Positions 26,137-38,240 of a DNA stretch of 64,000 nt are shown here, in pieces (within the stretch, counting starts at the first letter, position 1; every line of letters begins with the position of its first letter). Source of the stretch: Octopus sinensis (lineage: Eukaryota); assembly GCF_006345805.1 (NCBI RefSeq), contig NW_021832611.1, positions 186,001 to 250,000 of the forward strand, given 5' to 3'. The position numbers and the translations under genes were made by a program. Below the pieces are notes generated by a model that saw only the letters and a list, made by a program, of their open reading frames with translations, was not told the origin of the DNA and ran no database searches.

Positions 26137-28724
26137 ATGAGCGTTTTTACGCTTATCAACGCCCGGTCAATTCGGAAACGGGCTACGGAGCTAACCTACT
26201 TGGTTAGCTCGGTAAACATGGACATATTGGTTGTTAATGAAACGAAGCTTAAGGGAAATCAGCATCATAAAATCCATGGTTTTCAGTCGATTGATATCCC
26301 ATGGCGACCTGACGCAGTGGCTGGCACTGGGACATCCATATATTATAAAGACAATCTGATGGTGAGGGACTTGAAAATCGTCGAACAAAATTTGTGCGAA
26401 CTGATTACATTGAAACTACTAACATCCCTTGGATGGATATCTGTCGGAGCTATGTACTCCAAAGCAATGAAGAATTATCAAAATCTTATTGAAGAATTTT
26501 TCCAGAACAATGATAGAGGAATTCTAATAGGAGACCTTAACGCAAAACACACATCGTACGGATGTGCCAACACAAATTCGGACGGTAATATACTCCTCAG
26601 ATTATCGGAGAACTGCGGTTTTAGTGTTTTGACCTCACGAGAACCAAACCACTTCTCTTGTTATGGAGAGGATTGTATTGGAGTTTTCCTCGTATCGGCA
26701 GATCTTGTTCATCAATGCAGCATACCAAGGATTGAGATAAACATTGGTAGTGATCACCTACCTCAATCCTTGTGTATGCGAACATCATCTACGATATGCG
26801 AAGATCTGTTTATCGGATACGATACGTCTCGGACAATCTGGTCGGACCTTGAGGTATCAATGAAAAAGCATTTGACACCGTATCCAATACAAAGCATCCC
26901 TTCGAATATACAAATTGAAAAACTTAATAAAATTCTCAGAGAAGCTATACTGGACTTTCTCCGAAAATCTTCAATCAGGAAATACATCATGTCAAATACT
27001 AACAGAAAAACCCGGATTGACGAATCTTTGGGAAAACTTATAAAATGGAAGGGAAACCTTGAAAAGAAGCTAAGACGATGCAGTGACCCCATAGATCGTA
27101 TTCGTCTTCGGGATAAGATTCGTACCGTGAAAATAGAGATAAATGATGTCGCAAAAAAACATTCAGACCTTGCTTGGAAGAGTCAATGCTCGAAACTGAA
27201 TAAGAAAAACCCTCATTTTTGGAAGGTTTTCAACAGACTGAGTAATATGGAGAACAAAGGAGAAGAGATCCGACTAAAAACAACTGAAGGAATAGATATC
27301 CCGCTCGATGAAGTTCCCTCACATCTGCGAAGTCAACTGGCAAAAGTTCAAGAGGTGGATCCGATCGACATGGTTCCGAAAGAAGTTATATGTGAGGCTC
27401 AGAGAAGTCTAAGAGCTAATTTGAGTCATACGGGACCACTGTGCAGAGACATAACGTTGGAAGAAACGTATGCCGCAATTATGAGCTGCAAGAATAATGC
27501 ACCCGGCCATGACTACATTCCAATTTCTGTATTCAAACATGCTCCAAATATTCTCCTACGATACTTGACCGCACTATACAATGCAAGCTGGAGACTTGGA
27601 TACGTACCGGACTCTTGAAAAAGTCAATCGTACGTATGATTCCAAAGCCTGGAAAAATAAAGGACCATGCAGAGAACTATAGGCCGATAAGCCTAATATG
27701 CTCCGTCTCTAAAATTATGGAACGGATTGTCTTCACAAGACTTTCGAACTTCGTAGAGGAATCAGGTGCACTTGCAGTAGAGCAGTGGGGATTCCGACGA
27801 AAAAGATCCTGTGGTGATTGTTTCGGAGAACTCGAGAAAGTCATCTCGCTTAGTCTTGCTAATAATACAGCGACTATTGCTATCTGCCTCGATGTCTCAA
27901 AAGCTTTTGACAGCGTATGGCACCTGGGCCTCTTGGAAAGTGTCGCCAAGAGCAAACCCGGGTCTAAAACGGTCAATTGGCTGAAGAGCTATTTATCAAT
28001 GAGAAGGTCATACATACGATGCGGAAACCGTTTGTCGGAATCTGTCGATCTCAAAAGAGGGGTACCTCAAGGCTCGGTCTTGAGCCCCCTGCTTTTTAAT
28101 ATTTACGTTGCTGATATTCCAAAACCGAAAGATCCTACCAGTCGTCTCATGATCTACGCGGACGACATATTAATAACGGATGCTTCGTGGAGAAAAGACA
28201 TCTCGTGGAGGAAGTTAAAAGGATACGTGACAAGAGTGGAAGAATGGTGCATATCAAAAGGACTGACGCTTGCAAAAGAAAAGTGCACCGCCACTTGGAT
28301 TGCAAAACAGGGAGCAAAACGAAAACCGCCGAGAAACCTCTATGGGTTTACAGTAACGGAGAACCTGAAATACCTTGGGGTTGAAGTTGGATCCAAGGGT
28401 TCTTACTTCAGATACATCGACTCGAGGAGAAGGAAATGCGCTCAAATTCTCAGGAGCATAATTCACTTCCACCTTTCCCCGGAAACGTTTTTATATGTTT
28501 ATAAAACGTGCGTCGAACCATTGCTTACCTACGGGTTCGAGGGATGGTATCCTACTGCTGAAAGGGATGGCATTATCGCTAAGCTCGAAAAGACGAGGCG
28601 ATATGCCATCAAATTGGCAAATGGACTCCAGTTGGACCAACCCATCCCTCAAGTGATGGAAGACGCGACGGAAACGGTTGGAAGTGTTCTTGAGAGAGCC
28701 TTTTCCTCTCGAATTAAATATTAA
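26137..28724 (+). CDS. LINE ORF2 (APE endonuclease + reverse transcriptase), 1-nt frameshift at about 27617
   Basis: INARSI, VNETKL, IGDLNAKH, GSDHLP; YRPISL, QWGFR, LDVSKAFDSV, GVPQGSVLSP, YADD, KYLGV. Confidence 0.95.
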
Positions 28725-29337
28725 AAAAAAAAAAAAAAAAGAGGGAAACAACGAAGAAGAGGCATACGTTGTCTCATTAACTTTCTCCCTCTTTTTTCGG
28801 CTTTTCCGTTAATAAAAATTCATTCATTCATTATTACAATAAATAATTTCGTTAATTTTTTGCATAATGTAATGTTTACAATTAAAAAAAATTATTTTTG
28901 CAATTTTTTACAATTTTTAAAATTCATTTTTGCAATTTTTTTTATTAAAAAGTGCAATTTTTTGGTTGCCCTAGAGATAAGGTAAACTCAAATTATTCTA
29001 AATTGTAGATAAGGATTCAAAAGGACTATAATACCAATCCTTCACTTGCACTCAAGAAATTCCAAAGTCCATACGGAGAAGTTTGTACAATAAGTGAAAT
29101 CCTCCCGCATAATATGGTCAGAGTTGAAATGAACGATGGAACGAAGACACTTATAAAAAGAATTAAAAAATTTAAATAATATGTGACAGTCCGAATAAAA
29201 TACACGCCGAATAATCTACACTTGTCAAAAATGGCTGAAAAAATTAGAAATCTAAAATTAGTATGAAAAAAATCAATAATTGATTATTTATTTTAGTAGA
29301 ATCACATTATTATTTTTTATTTAAAAAAGCGTGAAAC

Positions 29338-30687
29338 ATGCGTGTAGTGAGATTATTTAAGGAAACACTGGACAAAATCAAAGAAATGAAAGACTCCAAC
29401 TTTGATACATCGTCAATCGAGCGGCATGAGCGATACAGGCTCACAAAATTGGGAAAGAATTTCCATTTTGAAAATGGAAAAACATATTTTCGAAAAAATG
29501 GGCTTAAATTGCGTTTTTTTCTGTGAAGATGAAATCGAATTAAAGCTTAAGTGCGTTGAGGTCCAACTTAATAAATAAAATTTAGGCGGAACATAACTAT
29601 AACCACTTTGGGAGAGACCGGCTTTTTTCGAAATTAAGAAATCTCAATTATGGATTGAATAGAGAAGAAATCTCTAAGGTGATTTTGCTTTGTGCTTTCT
29701 GTCAGGTAATAACTCCTTTCAGTAAATATTTTTAGTGAAAAAAATATTGTCTACAAAGCCTCCAATTACGCCAATCATTGCAAGGAGATGTAGAGACAGA
29801 TACATTGCGGATTTAATTGACCTTAGAAGATATTCGGCGTTGAATGATGGCTTTAGCTGGGTATGAATTTAATGTTAATAAATAGATTTTGGTAATTGTG
29901 GATTCTTTTTCCAAATATGTAATGCTTGAACTGTCGGTGACCAAATCTTCTGCAGAAATCGCAGATTTATTACAAAGAATTTTTTATTATGTCGGGCCTC
30001 CGCTTATTCTACACACTGATAATGGAAGGGAATTTTGCAATTCGCAAATGGATGCTCTATGTACGAAATATGGTATAAAACATGTACGTGGGAGGCCTCG
30101 TGCTCCTTGGGTACAAGGGCAAGTCGAAAGGTTAATGATTTAAAATCGATTTGTAGATTTAATCAAAGCATAAAACGCTGGATATCGTCGGCAAGTTCTT
30201 CTCAAAATTGTTTTGGACGATATCGCGAATGCATAAAGGACATCGTGTATGATTACAATAACAGCATTCATTCTTCGACAAAAAAAATCCCTTTTTATAT
30301 ATTCATGGGTGTTGAAAATCCTGGAAGGATTGATGAAGGGGGAATGGAGCAACTTTTAGCCTATGATTCAACTGGATTATCAGAGGCACGAGAAAGTGCA
30401 TTAGAAAACTTAATTATTGCTGGCGAAAAAATGATTGAAAAAAGAAAATGGAGATACGACGAAGAAAATATCAATGTCGGAACGACTGTGCTTTTAAGGT
30501 CTCAAGCGTCAAATTAATTTTTAGACAGGACAACGATGCCAATGTTCGGCAGTATCCGCTGTACGATGGACTTGATGTTAATAAGTATATTGTTGTCGAG
30601 CGAAGAAATGATCTCTATGTTATCGAAAAGGAGGACGGTGAGCGGTTACACGGAATTCATATTTCTCGATTAGCTAAAATTGATTAA
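29338..30687 (+). CDS. Integrase gene A (HHCC + rve DDE + C-terminal SH3-like domain), 5 tiny introns, two 1-nt lesions
   Basis: Introns at 29561-29585, 29706-29735, 29861-29885, 30131-30156 and 30499-30524. The spliced product has HNYNHFGRD..CAFC, RYIADLIDL, HTDNGREF, QGQVERFN and YNNSIHS. Confidence 0.88.
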
Positions 30688-30985
30688 TTTTCATAAATCC
30701 ATAATAAAAATAATTTTTTATTTAAATTAACGATAAATTTTATATGAAAATTTTATTAGGATAACCTAAAATGGAATAACAATATTCAAACGTATAAGTT
30801 AACTGCGTAAATTGAGTGTGATTGGTTTTGTTTATATAAATTAGTAAAAAAGGTTAATGAATTTTACATTAAAAATCATATTTTTAATATAAATTAAGCA
30901 ATTTATATGTCTATTTAGTAATAATCATTTTTATTTTTGAAAATGTTTTTATTTTTTGCAAAAAATAATAAATTTTTATTTGAGC

Positions 30986-32353
30986 ATGGGATATCTATCG
31001 ATGTGCAATTATGAAAGGGATCAGATTATTGATTATCTAGTCAATGCGAATTTACCGTCAACACTCAGTACCGCCAATGAAATTCGTTCCTTCAGGCTCC
31101 GGGCGAGTAAGTTTATTCACTTTCCGCCGAATCTTATGTTTAAACGTGGAGTTGATCATTTTGTCCGATTTTTTACTGTTGAAGAACAAGAACAACTTTA
31201 TGATTATGTCCGGTTGTGTCACCTGGATACGGGGCATCCAGGTCGAGATAAATTATTCAATCATATGAAGAACTTGGCATATGGAATTAGCATAGAACAT
31301 GTGAATCATGTTCTAAGTGCATGTACAACTTGCATAGCTCGTCGTACGCTCGCAACCAGGAGACAAATTACTCCAATAATTGCCAAGTTTTCACGAGAAA
31401 GGCTGATTATCGATCTTGTGGACCTAAGATATTACAGCGATCAAAATAGTGGCGAAAAATGGTTGCTGGTGATAATGGACTCGTTTACGAAATACTGTTG
31501 GACTTCAGCACTGAAATCAAAGAACTCGGCTGATGTGATACCGAGGATACGAAGTGTTGTTCTTTCTTTGGGGGAAGTATTCATAATACATACCGACAAT
31601 GGACTTGAATTCTGCAACTCGCGGATGACGCAGTTGTGCGAAGAATTTGGAATTCGCCATGTCAGGGGGAGGGCCCGATGTCCCTGGATACAGGGTCAAG
31701 TGGAACGACTTAATCAGACACTCAAATGGATGCTCAGTTCGACGTTATTAACCAACGGGAATGGATTTCGTTGGATTGATATCCTCGAAAATATAACATA
31801 CGCATATAATACAAGGATACACTCTACAACGCGCTTTTCTCCTGTTCATTTGATGTATGGCCCACGGATTAGAGAACAAATGGCTCGAGGTCATACTCAG
31901 GCACTCATTGAATATATTGATTCCATCAATCAATGACTACAATGAAGAGCCAAGAAACGAGCAAATTCAACAAAACTACATGGACTTGATGTGGAAACAA
32001 ACGACAACGAGATGGATCGACTTGTAGTAGCTTCTGCAGCAGCCGAAGATTTACGAGATATTGCGAGGAGGAATACTAATAGTGCTGCTGAATCCATGAG
32101 GAGACGATCTAATTGGAGGAATGATATCCTTGACTTTCCTCTGGGGACGAAAGTGGTCATCCACACCGACACAGATACGAATACAACAACACGCCGTCGA
32201 CCATTCCACGAACATTTGGATTGTACTGAATATACTGTCGTTGGGATTTTACAGCACGACAGGGTCCAAATTAGTTCGACGAATATGTTGATCAATCATG
32301 AGGCCCCTTACGAGATCGATATTAATAGACTAGCTATCGTTGGAAAACTATAA
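30986..32353 (+). CDS. Integrase gene B (HHCC + rve DDE + C-terminal SH3-like domain), apparently intronless, interrupted at 31934-31945
   Basis: HLDTGHPGRD..CTTC, RLIIDLVDL, HTDNGLEF, QGQVERLN, YNTRIHS. The C-terminal ORF 31991-32353 is in the same frame, after two TGA codons. Confidence 0.88.
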
Positions 32354-33132
32354 AAATTTGTTTCGGAATAAACTTCTTTATATCTTAAATTTTTGTTCTT
32401 TTATGATTGCAATCGAAAATAGACAACTATTTGCTATTTCAAAAAAAAAAGAATTTGAATTACTTTTCCATATTTTCATTTTTGTTTAAATAAAATGAAT
32501 CGAAACTAAAATACACTCCATAAAGATTTAAACGCGAAATTGACTAAATTGTTAACAAAAAGCGTCATTTAAACATTAAAAAAATTAACAATTCAAACAA
32601 TAAACGAATCTATTCTTAAGCAAATATTTTCATTATTCCTGTACGATTTTAAAGCAGATTTTGTAGTAAGCTATTTATTAATTTATAAAATTATCAAATT
32701 AACGAAAAAATCGTCCTGCACAGTATTTGTCTTTATAGATTTCTCTTTTGGACAATATAAAATTATAATTATTTTACTTCGGATCGCTATTTCCTGGTAT
32801 CTCTATTACTGTAACAATAATTAAACATTTTGTTGTGAAATTTTTAATTTCAGTAAAATTAAAGAATGTAATATTCGCGTGTATTTTATTCGGACTGTGA
32901 CATAATATAATTGTCTTGATTGTTTTGTTAATAAAAAAAATTCAAATCCTAATTAACAGAGAAACATTTATAACCGAACATTCAAATAGGCTCGTGACAT
33001 ATTATTAAGTGTATGAAATATCTAACTAGGGTAGGTCCCTTCAATCCTGGGGGTCATTTCAAGCCTGTATCAATAAATAATTATTAAAAATTATTTGCGG
33101 CCCCTGAGTAAAGAAGATTGAGAATCACTCAT

Positions 33133-35074
33133 TTAGAAAATGAAGAGAGGGAAATTATTGAAAAAGTACTATGAATTTTTAAAAAGTGACTCGCCTTCGG
33201 CGTCGCAAAAATATCACAAAAAGTAGAAATAAGTATAAAAAAAGAGATTAAAAAACAAAATCGAAAAATATCACAAAAATTATAAATAAAAATAAGTAAA
33301 AAAGGAGATTAAAGAAACAAAATCGAAAAATATCACAAAAAGTATAAATAAGTAAAAAAGGAGATTAAAGGAATAAAATCAAAAAATATCAAAAAAATGA
33401 TGAACTTTCAGATAATTAAATCATTAAAAAAAATACATCTTGATTTATTCCTTCTGAATCCAATTAAGATAAAAAATAAAGTGTACCGTATAATTAAGGA
33501 AGCACCACAAAGTAAATCAACAGCGTGCTCACACGTGGCTTAATTTATTAGGTATTAGGTTTACCATTTTATAATTAGGATAATTGACAATAATTAATGA
33601 AAAAAAAACTTTATTTTTATTACAAAACAGTTTTGAATGTCAGTAATTCTCACCTTTTCAGAGAGCAAGGATCCAATAATAACCAGATTATTGAAAAAGG
33701 TGATTTTAAATCAATTAATCTTGGCTATAGCAATTGAAAACTACTTCCGCCGCCTGACTGCTAAATTGGCAGCGAAGAGTGTATGGCCCCGCTCAACTCA
33801 GAGTTTGTTCCTTACCAACTCGGGGTGGGGATCGTCAACGGTTGCGAGTCCGACATCGCCAATTCATTTTTTGTATATCAATCCTCACTGGTGACATAAC
33901 TATTGAATTAGATAAAGCACTTGAGGAGAATACAGGCAGTGTTGCAGGGGGCTCGAGCGAAGGAGAAGTACAGGGCAGTGAGGGTGGAGTCTCCGTCCTT
34001 CTCGGTGGTGCAGGAGTGTATGTACTGGTTGGACATGCGGGAGGCGGAATATGCGGAGGAGGCATGTGAGTGAGTGGAGTGAGCGTAGAACTGCAACGAC
34101 TGAAGGTAGAGATTGTGCGAGTGATGAACGACAGCGAGGACTTGCAAAGCAAAATTGACTCGTTGGACGCGGAAGTGAAGATGTTCATTCGCAACAAAAT
34201 AAGGGTGGTGTCCAAGAAAGTGAGCACTACATTGTGCAAGGACATGACCGAGCTGTTGGAAGTGGTGGGCAATGTGTTGTACGTTGTGCAGGTGAGGACA
34301 GTCCTTAATGGCAGACACGCCCCTCCTACATCTGCACACTCCTCACACTCAGTGAGTTCGACTAGTCATTCCTCACTTGACTCAAGAACATTCTCTTCAA
34401 CACCTTCAACTACGCCACCCACCCACGCAAGGAGTACTTGCTCACCAAGGTCCTTGCTTCCCTGATTGCAGAGGACAATCACGTCATCGACTGGGCAATG
34501 CAAACTGTTCTGTCATTCATTTGTCCTCACTCTCAGAGTCATTTGAGATTCCGACGATCGATTCAAGCACTTTTTCAAGTCACTCCTCACCCCATTCCTC
34601 CATAACAACGTCCTCCAATACAAAACGACCCCACTCTCATTTACAAGCACTAGGTCTTTCATAGGAAAGGACAGGAGGGTGTTTCCACGTTGGGATTCCC
34701 CTTCACTCCTCTAGAGGACTCCCCTACGATGTGGACACACACCAAGCACTCGCTCACCAACATGTGCTCACCTCCTTCAATGCTTCTTTCGAAAGACTCA
34801 TTCAGGCAGTTAAACCAATCTTGAACGCTCTCTTCGCTTACGTCCAAATTATTCCGTAATCCACCCACTCACCCCAGATATCCCGTCCGCTATCTCACCA
34901 GTCGACTCCTCGCTCGTCTACAAAATCAGGACACCATTTGGGCACAAGTCGCCAATCTTATCTACTTCCGATACCTCAACTTGGCAATCATCGTCCCCGA
35001 GTCATTCGGGGCATTCACCAGTTCGATCAACTTCATCATCACACACGACCAGCGGGCCAACTTGGGAGTGCTTG
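33133..35074 (+). repeat. Segmental duplicate, copy 2, of 18782-20632
   Basis: Colinear near-identity. Includes hairpin CGCCTTCGGCG (about 33192-33202) and the CRE-like RT scrap AIAIENYFRRLTAK...PYQLGVGIVNGCE (33718-33860). Confidence 0.95.
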
Positions 35075-35840
35075 GCCGACTCATCCACATCCTTGCCACT
35101 AGTGGAGGGGCAGACGAGGTCACCTACGGTTGTTCCTGTTCTCTCCTTGACTCCTTCTTTGACGAGTGGCGACCCAAGTTCAGGTTTGCTGCTTGTCTTA
35201 GTGGAATCACTTTTTGGAGATCTGCCAAGTGGAGGATCCCGAGACACATTTCGAGTTGGACGAGTTCATGGACGCCCATTCACTGTGCCCCCCCTCAAAT
35301 CATCATCTCAGCCCGACACTTGGTGAACTTTTACAACGTGCTGTGTTGTGTGATTGGCAGTTGATGCAGGCACACCACTTTGAGGACGGCAGACTAGTCA
35401 GGGACTTGTTGAACCGAATTGGGCCAGTGAGCCCCGGTCGACTGACAGAAGAGAGTTAGGGTGTGTGGAGTATTAGTAGACTACGAAAAGTTCATATCCA
35501 CAGAGTTCGTGGTGATACTACACAACCCTGAGAACAGCGACGAGAGGACTGCCCACCAAACACAATTCATTCAGTCATTTCCTTTCTAATCCACAGCTGT
35601 AAAATTATGTTGTGTTAGGTCATCCGCGCTCAACTGGGCAGTTCGTTGGAACAAGTCTTGGCAGTCCCCGCCACCCCCACTCAGGTTGACGCACTCACCC
35701 ATTCGGAGGAGACACTCCATCAATACTTGTGTTCCAAGCAGGGCGAGGGCACTGCCCCCACCTTGGAGGAGTTGAAGAGTGCTGTGAGGAAGGGCACTGC
35801 CCTGTTGGTCGACGAGGGCTTCATTCAGACGGGCTACTAG
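33880..35840 (+). pseudogene. IQGAP: IQGAP-like C-terminal half (GRD and start of RasGAP_C), longer copy 2
   Basis: Same motifs as copy 1, continuing to PTLGELL...DLLNRIGPV. It has tiny introns, several in-frame stops and frameshifts, and no N-terminal half. Confidence 0.82.
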
Positions 35841-35869
35841 GCCTACCTCGATGACACAATATCAGTACT

Positions 35870-36275
35870 CACTGTACTTCGAACCAATTGCCTACGCCTA
35901 CGGATCATGGGGTTCGCGGTTATCGTGGTCCAACAGGAGGCGAATCCAGGAGGTCTAACAAAGGGCCCACAGATTAACCGATCGTTGGTCACACGTGTTG
36001 CAGGTGAGTGTGTATGACTGAGGCTGTAGTTTTTGCATTTTTATATGGTCCTTCGATACGCTTCCAGCTCCTCTGGAAGACCTTATCAAGCTGAACCTCG
36101 GTTCGTCAGCAAATGCCCCGTCAAAAACGGCCTGCCGCCCGGTGCGATCTTGCGTAAGCTCGTAAAAAGATCACCGAGCGAAGATGAGGCCTCTGGTCGA
36201 GTGCATCGGGATCACGTGACGCTTGTTTGATTTTTTGCCGTGGTCTTGGCGGTTAAATAAATAAATAAAATAAAT
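35870..36275 (+). mobile_element. Probable LINE 3' end fragment with (TAAA)n tail
   Basis: GC-rich segment ending in a stop, a short UTR and TAAATAAATAAATAAAATAAA. No catalytic motif is visible. Confidence 0.45.
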
Positions 36276-36693
36276 GTCGGATTTAACAAATTGACTGCTT
36301 CCTTGTGGCTGGTCATGCTGGACATAAAAATGTTTTAAATAAAGATTCCCTATTTAGTCATTGGGTTTGTTTCAGTTTATTCCAGTTTTTCTCTTATATT
36401 TTCAAGAAATTATAATTCGAATAACAAAAATCATTAATAAATTTATTAAAAATACATTTTTTAACTTGCACATTATTTACAAAACTACACCAAATTTATT
36501 ATCACTTTTCAGGAAGATATTATCTTTTCCTATCAAAGCGGTTAAGATAATCAGTTATTTACAATATTATTATGATTTACGATATTTTGTTAAAAATGTG
36601 TTCCCCACTTTCAAAACTTGCTCAGTCAGCAAAATACTTCCCGGTTATAAATGTAACAGATAATCTTGGGAATATTTTTAAGAAGATATTTGA

Positions 36694-38240
36694 AATGTCA
36701 GAAACTGATGAGGAAATAAATGAAATAATTGTTATCTTAAAACATTAACTATTTAAAAGAGCGCTGGGTTTTGGGGTATGATCCCTTTTATTATTGGGAT
36801 CGGCATTTCGATTATCCTTGGGATATGGTTGTGCTTATTTTGTTCCCTAAGAAGAAAAATAGAAAGCAGAAAAATATTAGTCTCTTGTATTACATTTCTT
36901 TTAGGCATCTCGTATTTTATTGTGCTGCGTTAATAAATAGAATCTTTAATGCTGTATTAGCTTTTAAAAGTAATGAATTGACCAGCTTAATCAAACATAT
37001 CGAAGGACCATATAAAAATGCAACAAAAATGCATTACTCGACTGTAAGAAGATTGGTTTGTGTATTTAATCAAAACTTTAAATAGAATATGTCTAAAACA
37101 TACCTTACCAAAATTGCGACTAATGTTTCAAAGGAGATTAGTTTAATTAAAAAATCGAGAGAATATATTTTGGCAAACAAATTATATAACCTAGAAACTA
37201 TCAAATTCCAAATTCAGAATATATCTGCTCAATTTGTGGACATCGAAAATATACTCGACCAATATAACATTACAAAGTATCAAGTAACCATAGATACCGA
37301 GTATCTGTGAGTTTATGTAAAATAATTATTTGTAGACCCAACCTTCATGCCCTAATTTTTGGGAGTCTATCGACGCTAATGCTCCTGATGGGGCCAAGTC
37401 TTTACTTCAAAATATACTATTTGACTAAATTGTATCATTTTATTTATTTTTTAGGTTGTTTGCAATAATATGGTTTGTGGCATTGGCAGGATTATTCGAA
37501 TCTGCTTATTTTATTTCCATATCAATGGTTTTAATATATTAGATTAATGCTAATTTAGATCCTTAATAAAATTTGTCAAAAATATTACAAACTAATAATT
37601 GAAAAGAGTATTCTATAGTACTAAACTTATAGATAATCCTTTTATATCATATCTATTTCAGTGTACATTGAATGAAAGCGATTTTCTAGTAATTTTGTGA
37701 ATTCATTTTAAGTTCAACAAAGCACTTGCTATTAATTTTTCTACAATTTATCCAAATGTTAAAAATACATGTTCGATTTCACCTAAAAATGTCACTGAAA
37801 TCATGAAGAAACATTGTAATACAGTGTTTAGTAGTTTAAATGTTTGAAATATTAGAAATATAGTTTTTTAGAAAATCATGGAAACAAGCATATTGAATTC
37901 TAATAAGGAATATTTCAAAACCAGAGATGAAGTTAAATCTTTTCTTGCTTGCAATGCATTTCCTGAAGAAATAAATAAATTTAAGTGTGGACTATGCGTT
38001 GATTCTCAGTTAAATCAAGTAAACTAAAATATAGAAATATTCTAAGTGAGATTGGCCTTATTCGAGTTTTATTATTTTAATTTTTCTTCTATATTCATTT
38101 TCCCTCCCGTTTTTATGGCGAATGGTGAAATCAAATGATATTCTTTTTAGAAAAAAATCAACTGGTGGTGCGATTCATCAGAAAGAAGCTCTTTACTAAC
38201 TCAAGGACTTTCGATAGATAATCAATTTTCTGTTATTTAA
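36694..38240 (+). CDS. Probable multi-exon, multi-pass membrane protein of unknown family
   Basis: AT-rich coding-like blocks separated by GT..AG gaps of about 25-35 nt, with several hydrophobic segments (IIGIGISIILGIWLCLFC; LLFAIIWFVALAGLF). Boundaries are approximate. Confidence 0.45.

Larger units (their letters stand above)
24689..28832 (+). mobile_element. Full-length Jockey-group LINE, copy B
   Basis: Short 5' UTR, ORF1, ORF2 (APE + RT), 3' UTR with an internal A-run, AATAAA and an (ATTC)n tail. Confidence 0.95.
23127..28973 (+). mobile_element. hAT transposon with CGGBP1-like transposase (about 23377-24688, tiny introns), interrupted by a full-length LINE
   Basis: TIR TAGGGCAACCAA / TTGGTTGCCCTA. 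8-bp TSD GAGATAAG (23119-23126, 28974-28981). Subterminal TTGCAATTTTT repeats. Motifs LFCSNC..H..SKKH, EANIPI, FVTDGARYM, HVTCVSHLLH and PPEVV..RWGSWL. Confidence 0.93.
29182..32902 (+). mobile_element. Ginger-like TIR DNA transposon with two integrase genes
   Basis: TIRs of about 25 bp, TGTGACAGTCCGAATAAAATACACG and CGTGTATTTTATTCGGACTGTGACA (1 mismatch). TG..CA ends; 5-bp TSD TAATA (29177-29181, 32903-32907). Confidence 0.92.
21745..32999 (+). mobile_element. Outer, heavily deleted Ginger-like multi-gene element hosting later insertions; left end not found
   Basis: Integrase N-terminus QIIEYL...HESNGHPERNRL and its C-terminal domain (21746-22239). A second C-terminal domain KRKWKFDEEDF..DANNRKFPL (22400-22718). 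A third, HSFKIGD|KV...EILPHNMVRV, is split by the hAT. Candidate right terminus ...GGCTCGTGACA at 32999. Confidence 0.6.

Noticed and set aside
29182-32902. LTR retrotransposon or Polinton interpretation of the integrases
   Set aside because: The ends are inverted, not direct, repeats. No gag, protease, RT, RNase H, polB, ATPase or capsid genes are present, and the TSD is 5 bp.
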